A stretch of 64,000 bases of DNA from NCBI GenBank assembly GCA_047967505.1, contig CM106538.1, one strand, 5' to 3'. The stretch is from Dipteris shenzhenensis. Its lineage: Eukaryota. This document shows positions 51,296 to 64,000 of this stretch, in pieces (position 1 is the first letter of the stretch; each line of letters begins with the position of its first letter). Position numbers and translations under genes: made by a program. The notes under the pieces were generated by a model. The model was given only the letters and a program-made list of their open reading frames with translations, had not been told where the DNA came from and ran no database searches.

Positions 51296-53221
51296 TACCG
51301 CTCTATCACAAAACACAAATGAATTATTGCACCTTGTAAAATTAGGCTTTAGAGACATGGAAAGAGTTTGTGGAACCTTTTTATGGAATTTAATTATTTA
51401 AAATTAAAAAATATACAAATTTTCTAAAAATAGAGAGAGAGTACCTAAAAAGGAGGTGGAGGGCCTTATTTCTCAATTGCAAGAGTTGGAATTGGAGCTC
51501 AAGAGCACTATAGAGGCTTGCACACATTTTGTGCAACTTTTAAGAAAAGGTTGGTCTTGTACTTGTCTTGTTTAGACTACATTCTAAAAATATAGTTTTT
51601 TAGAGAACATTACTTAATTTGTGGTTAATGTTTTGGGGTTCCACAAAGGTTTTTTTTCAAAGAGTTTATACGTTTGAAAAGGATAAGGAACAAATTTTGC
51701 TAGTATGAGGTATAGAGTTAGTTATGAGAAGATATTCTTATCTGTAAAATTTGGGCTGATTGCTTATAATTATTGAAACATAATTATATGTGAAAGTACA
51801 CAACATCCAAAGCAAAAGAAATTTCTCTTCTCAATATGAGTCCTTCCAAAAGGAAAATAAGTTAGGATTCCAGAATCCAAACCGTGGAAGTCTTATTTTT
51901 AAGAAATGGTTCTTTAGAGCTAGTAAAAAGGAAAGTAGGATTCTAGAATTGACTTCATATAAAGATTGAGATTTGTATCCTAACCTTAAAGCTTACATTG
52001 GTTGTAAAGAAAAGAAATATCTCTATTTGGGATTCTAGAATCCCAAAGTTTGGGAAGAGTGGATTTCTAGTAGGGGGTTGAGGGGTGATAGGCCCTTGGG
52101 GGGTCTAGGGGCAACACCCCCCTGTGGCGGTGGCATCATTGGGCTACTCGTAGACCCCGAACCATGATGGGAAGAACAATTTATGAATTGTCAGTCCTTC
52201 GCTTGGGGGATGCCTCTTTTATTTTTATCAATTTGGATTTCATAGAAGCTTGCTCGCCTTATTTGCGCAATTCACTGTCTATTTAGTGTGTTTGTCAATG
52301 CTCTTTGTTAAGGGCTTTAGGTTACAACCTCCTGATTACATTCAATGATACTAATGACACTTGGCCTCTCTGAATTGTTAATAGGTTAGGCTTGTGGACT
52401 TAGAGGTCCTTCACATGAGGCAATCCTTAAAAAGATGGTCCACCCCATGCCTCGAGCACAATGGATTTGGTGCATTAGACATTGATGTAGCTCGCACGGG
52501 TTTGTTGTCTTTGTGATCCTGCGCACTTATAGCTTTGAATGGGTGGTGTCTTGCTAGGGTTGTCCATCCCTCTCATTTTTTGAGAAATCGGTGTCATTTG
52601 GTAAATGGTATATAGTGGTCATATCGCATAACTATTGACTTATAAAAAAGGCCGATTTGCATTATCATCATAATATTGGGAATAGACATTTCCCACGAAG
52701 GGTATGTTCAATTCTTCCTAATATTTAGGTAGCTCTTCTAGCCATACTTGATTCATGGGAATGATTCATTTGGTGGTGGTGGTTGAGGCACTAGTACTAG
52801 AGGGGGTCATGGAATATTTTGAGCCCTAAATTTCCTTTAATTAGCTGATGTGGCTCCTTGGATTGCCAATTGTGTGACTGATTCGGAACATTGGGAGGTG
52901 TGAGCAAGACAATTTGTGGCCTTATTTGATCCATTGCTTGGGGAACCATCTTAGGATACCTTTATTGGAAGGTGTCATGATCTCCCTAGTGAATGAAATG
53001 GGCACAAAAGAGTGACAGCCTAGCCCTAAGGCATGGACACTCATTGTTGGGGTGGTTGCCATTGCATACCCAACACCAAACATTATATCTTCATGGAAAA
53101 AAGTGGGGGTTTTATAGGAGCTTCCTTTGACATTCTTGCCTTCCATTGTTGGCTCAGCTAATTTAATATATTAGTGGCTAATTCCTATATGTTCATCTCT
53201 TTGGAGGTCCAACCACCGGTA

Positions 53222-56200
53222 TGAAGTAGACGCATGAAAGGGTTTTCGATGATGCTTGCCAAGAGCACAATATTCACAGAGGCCCATGTGAGGACGAGCT
53301 GGGAGATTCATACCATCCATAAGATCATGATGATTTATAGCAAGTAGCTTGGCAAAATCCCAATGAACAAAACGATGATGCCATAGCTTGTAGTCCAGCT
53401 CACCAGGGGCTGTAACCACATTAGCAATATCATCATTTAAGGAAAGTTGAAAGAGGTTACCATTCCAAGGAGCAACTGCTATGGTATGTCCATCTTTTTC
53501 AATCTGACACTATGTGTGGTCAAATTAGCCAATAAAGAGACCAAGATCAACAAGTCGTGCAACAAAAAGAAGATTTCTCTGAAGATCTGGAACATGGAGA
53601 ACACCTCGCAAGACTCTTGTTGAAGAAAAAGTGCCAAGATATAAATCAACAACACCCATGACTTGACAACTAATGTCATCAGTAAGATAAATCAATTTCT
53701 TGTGAGGAAGAGCATGATAATTATGTAACCATTAAGATTGATATGTCATATTACCAATAGCACCAGAATCAAGAATAAAAGTGGAACCATCTCGAACATG
53801 AAGGATCCTTTCTGGAGAGACATCAAAATAGATATAATTTGCCTCTTGATGTGTATGGGCATCTTGTTGTTGAGCAGCATATGCTTGAGTATGTTCACAA
53901 TCATAACGTCTCTTGTAACACCGAAAGGATCGATGATTTCTGCCACAATATTCGTAAGGAGAATTATTGGATAAGCGGGGTTGCTAAGTGGTAACACCAT
54001 GTTCCTCATCATATTACCGAGCCCAACAATCAGAGATAACATGACCATGCTTATCACAGTAAGAACAATGTTTCTCAGGATATTTGAGATGAGAAGAATT
54101 GCCACCTCTATATGGATGACCACCACGTCCATTATAACTACCACATCCATATTTGGAGAAAGGACGCTTGCGAGCAACACAAGCTATCTCTAAATCTACA
54201 TCATTCATTGTTATCATGACAGATTCATGACTTTATGATGCTCGCGTCGTTGAGCATACTCAATCAAAGAAATACATGTTTTATCAAAATCAATCTTGTT
54301 TTTGTTGGAAAGGATGGTAACAATATTATCATATAATGGATCCTGGACTGTGTCGAGAAGATAGGTCACCAATTGATTTTGTGGAACAGGTGCACCAACA
54401 GCAGCAAGTTGATTGACGATATTCTTGAATGAGTCAGTATGAGTTGTCATAGGAGCTCCAACTTTGTACGGAGTGCTCAAAAGATTACGAAGATAAAGAA
54501 TCTCTCTGACAAATTTCTTCTCAAAAGTAGCAATGAGATATTCCCTTATTGCATGAGAAGAAGGAAGGGCAAATACATCCAGCATAAGAGAATCATGTAG
54601 AGCAAATAAAATATACCGATGAGCTGCTTTATCACGAGAATGCCAATTAGCAGAGTCAAATCTCCATTGCTCAAAGAGAGAACCTTGACTCACAAGAGCA
54701 TGATTCGGAGTTGCATCAACAGGTTGAGATGGACAAACGAGCTAGATCACCAGGAACAGATCGTTGGCCAGAAGGAAAGCCATTGACAATTATAGACGTT
54801 GCCATCATACTTCGAGAGAATACGTTTGTCAGAGCTCACCTCAATGATCGAGAATACACTAGTTGCTCTGAAAATATAGAACTCGAGATACCCCAAAAAT
54901 AGGATAGAATGTGAGATGGGAGTATACTAGAAATAGCATGCATGCCAAGATAGCGCTTTGAGCTTGTTGATCACGAAACCACGATATTTTTGGAGAAAAG
55001 CAGAACTTGTCGACCAGGAAACAGAGGTATTTTTGGCGAAAAGCACTACGATCATCATGAAACCAATACGTTTATCATGAAGCCACGTGATTCTTGGTGA
55101 AAAATAGTATGAACGTGCCGATCACGAAACCAAGAAAAAAGTAGTCGTCATAAAAATTGACGTAACTTTCTGCTCCAAAGTCCGATTAGGGTGTTTAAGT
55201 ACTCAGAACGAAGAGCACGACGAGAGCTACGATCCATTTACCACTGATAACTTTCTCAAATTTGCACCAAAAAACCTCTGAAAAACCACATCAAGTTAGA
55301 CATGTCAAAATCGACAAGAGAAAATAAGCGATGAGATATTGAAAGCACTATGTAATCAAATCAACAACTAATACTTCTTGTCTTTCTTCATTATAGTGCA
55401 TACAATAGCAACACATTTGTAGCTCTGAAACCATGTTGAGAGAGAAGAAGAAGAGATGATCTAGACACACCAAATAGACTCCCAAAGACTGATTCATACT
55501 GATCACTAGTTACATATATATAGGTGAGACCTAGTTTAAGTTAGGGCGAGCTGTATATAGCTCTAACAAATTTTTGTGGAGTCATGCAGGTAAAGAAGTT
55601 TTCTTTATGTGATTGATCCTCTTATTGCTCCATGTGGGAATGTGAAAGCATGATATGCTAGTGTGTTAGATCTAAGGGAACACAAATACTGAGTGCAAGA
55701 TGCTGTGATCAATTGGTCGAGACTAAAAGTAGAAGGGAGACACTGTATCAGGAGGCTTCTTATCATTAAGTCTAATTTTTCATTGCTTTTTCTTTTGCTT
55801 TAAATATTGTTGATTCTATAAAAGTGTGAACCTTTTCCATCCTCTCTCATTATGGGTGTTCACCTTCCTATCTAAACACTCTTCTACCTATTTATTGATA
55901 GCAGGAAGCAAAAGGAAATAACCATAACTTTCTTACCCGGTCAAAATACCCGGTGCATTATACTCTTTGAACAAGCCATCGAGGGCTGTTTTCATCAATC
56001 ATGATCACAACAGTCATTTGCGATGCATCTTTGATAACTTTTTCATATCAACTCAAAACCTAGCGATCAAGTGGTTGAAACAATCAGAAAGAACATTCTG
56101 CAAATGATTGCATTGTTAGATTGACGAAAATTATGTTGCTATCTTCTCATAGTCAGATTAGTGTTAATTTTGGTTACTATCCTAAAAAGGAGTCTTGGAC

Positions 56201-57416
56201 TCACTTGCACGTTAAAGGGCCTTTTTGGTTATGGTCTTGCAAGTTTTCTAGGGAGACCAGAGCTTCAAGTAGGATGCCTTACTCATTGATACTACTTTTG
56301 ATATATATTCTCCATTCAAATGGGTGCATCAAAAGGTGAGAATAGATTGAGTGATAGGACCATGAGAGGTGGATGCAGTGAGTAAGTGCGACACAATTTT
56401 AGGGGGGTCACTCATAAAGATGTAAGAATAGCATGTGGGGCAAACAAAAGAATTTTTTAAACTCAGCTTGTTTTGGCACATTTTTTACATAAGAAGGGTA
56501 CCATTAAAAGGGGGTATTCACAGATTGGATACAAAAAGGTGCATTTTTTTCATAATTAAGGGACTCTTCAATTAGTCCTTGAATGCACATGACACAGAAC
56601 TTACATAAAGTGAACCCCAAGGACACAATTGAGTTTGAATGAGTTTTGAAATGATCAAGACAAAACTATAACAAGAGAGACCTTTGAAACCATGGGTATT
56701 GGCACAAGGGAGAGTATAAGTTTGACTTTGTAATATTTTTTCTCTCATGCCCGCGTTACAAAATCAAATTCATAGTCTACCTGCTAAACTCATATTTTCT
56801 AGGAGTGTTAGAGATACAGTCTTATTGTTAAATTTTCTTGATCAACCCTCAAGAAACAATTGCCCTGATAATGGGTTCCTTTGCTACCTCGTCCTCTTCT
56901 GCCAGTATTATGTGGATTCTCCCAACCAGCCCCTTCTCATTACCAAATTTAAGAGGTAAGTCTTCTAATCCTCTCTCCATCTTGCTATTCGCCATCCTGA
57001 CATTCGAATGTTAATCCATAAGTGCAGTTGCCGAATTCCAGAGGTAAGCTTTTTATTCATTTCATCTTAGAATGTATGCAATCTTGCATCAAATGTTTGA
57101 CTAATCATATCAATCTATAATGCTTGTCTCGAAACTCCGCTCATTCGGTGCTAGCAGCATTTGGAAAAGTCTCCCGCATTGTCAATTGAAACAACATTTG
57201 ACAACAAACTAAGAAAGAAGACTTTTCATTGCTCATAATCATTTCTGCCCCAATCTGAGTTAAAGATATCAGTTATTTCTTTGAAGTCTATGTTGTTTCA
57301 AAATGATCGAATGATTTTAAAGATCTTTCAATGAACTAACATACATTTAAAAAAGAAATTGATAGACCAATATGGACAAAAATATGATAAAAAATTTATG
57401 CTCTTCCTCCAAATAT
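53222..57416 (+). repeat. Segmental duplicate of 22745-27173 (copia 5' half, LTR 55434-55568, host and flank)
   Basis: Colinear across the LTR/host junction and the downstream flank; differs by indels and by absence of the 24714 MITE. Confidence 0.93.
56398..56621. mobile_element. Duplicate of the diverged MITE at 26149-26373
   Basis: TSD GACACAAT at 56390-56397 and 56622-56629. Confidence 0.8.
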
Positions 57417-57774
57417 CACTACTACACACGGATCCTATTGCGACGTTTACATACCGACGTTTAGCGTGCGCTTAGCGTTAATCGTCGGTATGAAAGGCGG
57501 GTTTCCTAAAGCGTCGCTATATAGCGACTTTTAAGTGTCTCTATATAGCGACTTTTAAGTGTCACTATATAGCGACACTGATATACAATTTTATAGCGAC
57601 GTTTTTCCAGAGAGGTTTTTTTTTTTATATAGGCCTTAAAAGTTAGTTTTTTCCAATGACAAATTTTTTTAAATTTTCATACATGTTTGAGCTCATAGAG
57701 AATAAAAAAATGAGAGCATGTACATCAAGCCTTTGAAGCTCATATATTCATGTCCAAGTTTGAGATGAGAAAAA

Positions 57775-60700
57775 TCAAATAAGAGCATTTACATCAACTG
57801 TTTCATCTTGAGCCAAGTCTAAGGCGCCAAACAAGTCTATCTCCAGATCTATACCGAGTTGATCTCCTATATCATCATCGTACTCTCACATCGTACGTTC
57901 ACCTAAAAGTATTTGATCATCTTCTTCAATAAAGCGTGGTGATTCTTGATGATTGTTGTCTTCTTCCTCAATATCGTGATCTCCATCCTCCTCCCGTGCG
58001 ATGTCATTATGCGCATCTTCCTCTTGGCTCATATGGTGATCTACATCTTCTTCACTAGATTCATCAATTGGATCCGGCATTGATAGCGGCATCTCCATAT
58101 CCACATCTTGATCTTCAAAAATTTGCTTACTTCGTGAAGCAACTTGGATCACGTCCCACCATCTTGGATGAGAATGATCCGGATGAAAAACCACCTATAT
58201 TGAAGATGGGTGCCAAATGTCGTCAATTATATATATGAAATTATGCTCAAGTACATGTATCAATGGACTTTAAAAACAAAAGCTTCGACTAATTAAATCA
58301 TTAGTATGCACCTGCTCACAGTGCTCGGGAAGAACAAAAGTATCACTTTCATTGGTCCAATGTTTGGTGGAGTCTATTGCAAAGAGACCGCTACTATCTT
58401 TTCTCACTGTCGCATGGGGACCGTTGTAAGTAGTTCTAAACCATTTTACATCAAGAATGAAAATAGTAAATCGTCTGAAATCAATTTCATAGATGTCGCA
58501 TATGGTTCCACAATAATCCAATTGTGAGGAGAGAAGATTGGTATCCAAAGCACTTGCTCGGCTATCTTGTGTGAAGTTAGCCATGACTCCACAATCATAC
58601 GTGACTCTCTTTGAATCGATGCGTTCCACGTGAAAATGTCATCCATATGACCATAATGCACTGTAATTTTTGTATTAAAAAAGAGCATCATTAAAACAAT
58701 GAAGATGCATCTATTTTATAGCATATATCACAAATAATTACTTAATTACGTCAAGAGGTAAGAAACTTACATGCACCATACATCCAGATGATAAGTCTCG
58801 CTCACGCTCATTTATTGTCTCTCCATCACGTTTGGCTTTACGTAGAGCCAGTTGTAGCCAATCAAGTAACATGTGACTAGGGAGAAGAGCTAGATCCCGT
58901 GGATATGGTTGTGATCACCTGTACATTACTCTAAATCTCGTCCTTGCATTTATTCTTTCTGATTTGGCCACTTCATATCTCTCAATCCACTTCTGCATCT
59001 CAGGGCTATTGAGGATACAAAACTTATTGAATTTCTCCATTTGCTCTTCGCTCATCTTTCTTTCAATCCCTTTTCCTTGGGGAACCTCGCCAACGATGCG
59101 ATCATCATCCTTGTTGTGCCAAGGTTGCGGCATATCGGGATCTGTGGATGCAAGAAACTCTGTGATATATACTAATGACTCTTGCACAAGCCATCCCTCT
59201 GCCATGCTTGCTTCTGGTCTTGCTCTTTGTCTTACAAATCCCTTTAAAGTTTTCATAAACCGCTCGAGAAAAAACATCCATCGACTATGAACGGTACCTG
59301 CTATAGCCACCTCATCAACTATGTGCACAAGCAAGTGGACTTGAGTTGTCATAATGCTCGAGGGAAAGTGCTTCTCAAGCAAGCATACGGCTTCGATGGA
59401 TTCCACCCTAGCCTTCTCGATGCTTGATATAGAGATCTCTTTTTGAGATATCCACCTATTTCACATGTCCATGCATATGTAAGATATTTGAGATATCCAC
59501 TTATTTCACATGTCCATGAAGAAAATACATAATGTGATTTGATAGTAAGCATACCTCAGAATACCACAGATCTTGAATATAGCATTTCTAACATCTTCTT
59601 GTAAGCACCCTTTTATTGTAATTGGGAGGATGAACTATCAAAGCAACAATGAAGTCATGTCAACAATATAACATAATAATAATTACGCTAACGCATCGCG
59701 ATTATCAGTACACTAATTCTACTTAGAATACCTATAAGACCTTGTGCCAATCATGGGACTTGAGCCCACTAAGCTTATTGTCCTTTGAAAATTCTCCTTT
59801 CAAGCAACGCATGTACCCTGTCGGTGTTTGAAAAGAGGCAATGTCTGCCTTGACCGTTGCCTCCTCCCTCGTAGAGAGGATCCACATTGCTTTCGGGAGG
59901 ACAACTTTTCCTGAAGCATGCACTTGGGGCCACAAATGAGACATCCTATTCATAGCACGCAAGTCTTCTCGCACTCCTCTTGAGTCCTTGGAACCAACCA
60001 AGTGTGCCCAAATAGTAGCCCCCACATTCTTGAAGATATGCATGGGATCCAAGAGATGATTGATTTGTAACTAACCCCAATGAGGAAGCTCGTGAAAGAT
60101 CGATAGCCTCTTCATACCAGGAGGAGGTTCCTCTCCATTCACCTCCAAGCTTGAATCCAGTCACTTGCCTTCAAATATGATGGTGGTGGATCAAGCTGAC
60201 CTCCACGTGCGAGATGGTCGAGCAGAAGGTATCGAGCATGACCTTCATAAACATTTTTCCTCATATGTTTGGAGTAGCGTGCAAGCGATTTCAGAGCCGG
60301 TCCACAAACAGGACAAGCATGGTACCCACTTGTAACAAGTCCTGCATGCGTGCATGAATGTGTTAGTACAAGACATGCATGCGAAAGAGAGTCAAAAAGG
60401 CATAATCCCTTATTGTACATGTAAAGACACAACCACATACCTGCGCACTCTCCATATCCTGGGTAGTCATGCATGGTCCACATCAAGATACCCCTGACCA
60501 AAATATCATTGGTATGTCTAGGAGCTCTGGAAATATCAAAGACCTGCACTCCTCTCCATAATATCTGTAACTCCTCTATCAAAGGTGCCATGTACACGTC
60601 CATGTTTTTTGCCTTGTACTTTCCTGGCACAAGTAGTGCAAGCATTAGGTGTCCCTTTTTTATTGTTAGCCATGGTGAGATATTGTAATTCACCATGATT

Positions 60701-61825
60701 ATGGGCCATCTCGACCAAGATGTCGAGCATAACCCGAAAGGATTCACACCGTCCATGGCTAGCCCAAGATGTAAGTTGCATGGCTCCCTCGCAAAGTCCG
60801 GCCACTGATTATCTATGTGCTTCCAAGCTGCACAATCTGCGGGAATCCTCAATGTGTCATTAGTGGACCGATGAGATGCATGCCATGTCATCAACTCCGC
60901 TATGGATTTGCATCAGAACATGTGTTGTATTCTTGCAATGATGGGAAAGTGTCTCAAGACCTTTACCGGTATCCGCTCACCCTGCAAGTCATCTCTATAT
61001 CGTTGTTTCCCACACTTTGGACAACTAGCCAAATCTCCATGCTCACGACGAAAGAGAATACAATCATTATGGCAAGCATGGATGGTATCATAATCCATAC
61101 CCACCGTTGTTAGCATCTTTTTCGCTTCATCTCTTGATGCGGGCATGGTATTTGGTGCAGGCAACATCTTCTGGAGCAACCTATGACAAAGACACTATCC
61201 AAATGATGATTCTCAAAACAAAAAATATCCAAATAATGAGTCAAATTAATGCAAGAGCTAACCTCATTAAGGCCGAGACACTTGTATCCGACCACCCATA
61301 CTTTACTTGTAGATTCAAGATTGAGAGACAAGCACGTAGTTTAGACATCCTAGCACCCTTGTACAATTGTGTTGATTGCAACTCTGACCTCAGACTCTGA
61401 CATCACGTGTACGTGGGATGTAGTGTCCCTAAAAATGGAATCCATCATGTCGACCATACCCTCGTCATCATCCGGGAGACTATAGTCTTGCTGAAAGTAA
61501 GAAGGTATATGCATACCCTCATCACCCTCCTCATCCTGTTTTAAGATTTTGTGTAAATATAAGATCTTCTATTTCCTGGTATACAATAAGACTGTGAACT
61601 TAAATAGCTTTGACTTACCGATAGTCCATCAACACGTGCAACACCAACAGTGGGTACTGGTTCCGGCTCCTCCCCATACATCCGCAAGTGGCGCATGATA
61701 ATACGACGTTGATGTCGTACTTCTCGCTTGCAATGAGTGCAATGACAGTATAACCTCTCCGTAAGCCACTTCGTGCTCCCGGGCATTGGCGCATCCTCAG
61801 ACGAGCTTCCACTCGTCCCTTCCAT
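57775..61825 (-). pseudogene. TnpD-like transposase, A2 copy
   Basis: ATG at 61825; all core motifs plus C-terminal DYCGTI/FVLPEHCEQV; frameshift near 60140 and stop at ~60071. The 3' end is approximate. Confidence 0.9.
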
Positions 61826-62589
61826 CTACACTTATAAAATCACAACATAAGCATGAAGAATAGATATTAACAGTTATAAAATAGCATGTATCTGCTTCTT
61901 TTCATGCTACAACAAAAGTGACTATAAGCGTCACTATATAGTGATCTTTTTTCTTTGTTCCGTCGCTATATATCGACAAATAAGTTTCGCTATATATCGA
62001 CGAATAAGTGTCGCTATATAGCAACGCTGTGGGTTAAAACCCGAAACTCTCGTCGCACGGCATTTTCTTTATACTATTCTCTAATCTCTCAAGATAGCAA
62101 GCCAATATCTCCTCCCACCTATTTTCGACGACCTCCCACCTATTTCAAGTAACCTCCCACTCTATTTTCCACTCCTCACCCTTCTCCTAGCTCTTGTACT
62201 CCCTCTCTACCCTTTTTCCTCTTTGGTTTCTTGAAAGGAGGTTCTTTAAGAGATGAGTTTGTTTCAACAATGTAGGTTGTTTGTTTGTTAGCTTTAGTTT
62301 TGTGAGTGCTTCTCCTTGTATTGCTAAATCTGTAAACTAGTTTTCATGCTTGTTTTCAAAGGATTGAAACAAAAAACGAGATTTCAAGAAAGAAAGAAGA
62401 CTCACCTTTTTTTTCTATATTTATCTTCCTTCTCTCCTCAATCTCCTCCTTTCCTTGTCACCTCAATCTTCTCCTTTCAAGAAGTTGCTTTTGTAATCTC
62501 CTCCTTCCTCTAACATCTTATTTGAAAAAATGGGTTGTTTTCTCTCTTTTGTAGGCTTCTCGCTTTGCCCCTTCTCTCATTCTCTATTT

Positions 62590-64000
62590 CCCCCTTCTCT
62601 CATTTTCTATTTCCGCATAAGCTCATGCATAAGCATAAGCATGAGCTTATGTTTATGCTTGAGCATGAGCTTATGCTTCTCATGCTTATGCTTCTCTTTT
62701 TCCCCCTTCTCATGCTTATGCTTCTCTCTTATGCTTATGCATGAGCATGAGCTTATGCTCATGCTTATGCTTCTCTTTTTCCCCCTTCTCAATTTCCTCT
62801 AACTCTTATTCTCTATTTCCGCATAAGCTCATGCTCATGCATAAGCATAAGCATGAGCTTAAGCATAAGCATAAGCTCATGCTTATGCTCATGCATGCTC
62901 ATGCTCTATTTCCGCATAAGCTCATGCATAAGCATAAGCATGAGCTTATGCCTATGCTTATGCTTAAGCATGAGCTTATGCTCATACTTATGCTTAAGCA
63001 TAAGCATAAGCTCATGCTTATGCTTCTCTTTTTCCCCCTTCTCTATTTCCTCTAACTCTTATTCTCTATTTTCGCATAAGCTCATGCATAAGCATAAGCA
63101 TGAGCTTATGCTCATGCTTATGCTTAAGCATAAGCTCATGCTTATGCTTAAGCATAAGCTCATGCTTATGCTTATGCATGAGCATGAGCTTATGCTCATG
63201 CTTATGCTTCTCTCTTTCCCCCTTCTCTCATTTCTCTAACTCTTATTCTCTATTTCCGCATAAGCTCATGCATAAGCATAAGCATGAGCTTATGCTCATG
63301 CTTATGCTTCTCTATTTCCTCTAACTCTTATTCTCTATTTTCGCATAAGTATAAGCATAAGCTCATGCTTATGCTTATGCATGAGCATGAGCTTATGCTT
63401 ATGCATGAGCATGAGCTCATGCTTATGCTTCTCTCTTTCCCTCTTCTCTCATTCCTCTAACTCTTATTCTCTATTTCCGCATAAGCTCATGCATAAGCAT
63501 AAGCATGAGCTTATGCTTATGCATGAGCATGAGCTTATGCTTATGCATGAGCATGAGCTTATGCTCATGCTTATGCTTTTCTATTTCCTCTAGCTCTTAT
63601 TCTCTATTTCCGCATGAGCATAAGCATGAGCTTATGCTTATGCTTATGCTTAAGCATAAGCATAATCATAAGCTCATGCTTATGCATGAGCATGAGCTTA
63701 TGCTCATGCTTATGCTTCTCTCTTTCCCCCTTCTCTTATTCTCTTATTCTCTCTAACTCTTATTCTCTATTTCCCTCTTCTTCCTCTTCTTCTCCCCCTT
63801 CTCTTTTCCCCCTTCTCTTTTCCTTCTAAAATCCTCTTATTTCCTCTATGCTTATGCTCATGCTTATGCTTCTCTATTTCCTCTAACTCTTATTCTCTAT
63901 TTCCGCATAAGCATAAGCATGAGCTAATGCTTATGCTAATGCTTAAGCATAAGCATGAGCTTATGCTCATGCTTATGTTGTATTCTCTTTCCCCCTTCTC
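62590..64000. repeat. GCATAA/TTATGC satellite in A2
   Basis: Same hexamer modules as 3870-7250 but different unit structure (CTCTAACTCTTATTCTC spacers). Confidence 0.92.

Larger units (their letters stand above)
57417..64000 (-). mobile_element. CACTA family A copy A2 (continues beyond window)
   Basis: Begins CACTACTACAC exactly where the duplicate diverges from 27173. Subterminal palindromes at 57512-57600. Confidence 0.93.

Noticed and set aside
52070-53220. GC-rich GGGGTCTAGGGGCAACACCCC motif followed by weakly coding-like sequence
   Set aside because: Probably decayed retroelement sequence, but no termini, TSD or recognisable domain could be supported.

Overview
This is eukaryotic land-plant genomic DNA (spliceosomal GT-AG introns, an alpha-expansin). 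It is a nested transposon cluster containing one apparently intact host gene: a 3-exon alpha-expansin at 28287-29240 (-). Two CACTA/En-Spm families are present. Family A has CACTA ends (copies <1-9660 and 57417->64000) and carries a GCATAA/TTATGC satellite. Family B ends in CACAA instead of CACTA but still makes 3-bp TSDs (full copies 14597-21960 and 33787-41481; three one-ended pieces). Both families have a transposase gene and a homologous TnpA-like gene arranged head-to-head, with the family's palindromic subterminal motif repeated between the genes. Also present: a short-LTR Ty1/copia (12435-25139, TSD AATTT); a non-coding LTR family sharing the copia's terminal signals; a MITE family with 8-bp TSDs (4 copies); a scrambled Sola-like transposase remnant; and a ~4.2-kb segmental duplication (22745-27173 vs 53222-57416). 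All TE ORFs look decayed. Family assignments come from remembered motifs, not database searches, and all alignments were made by eye.
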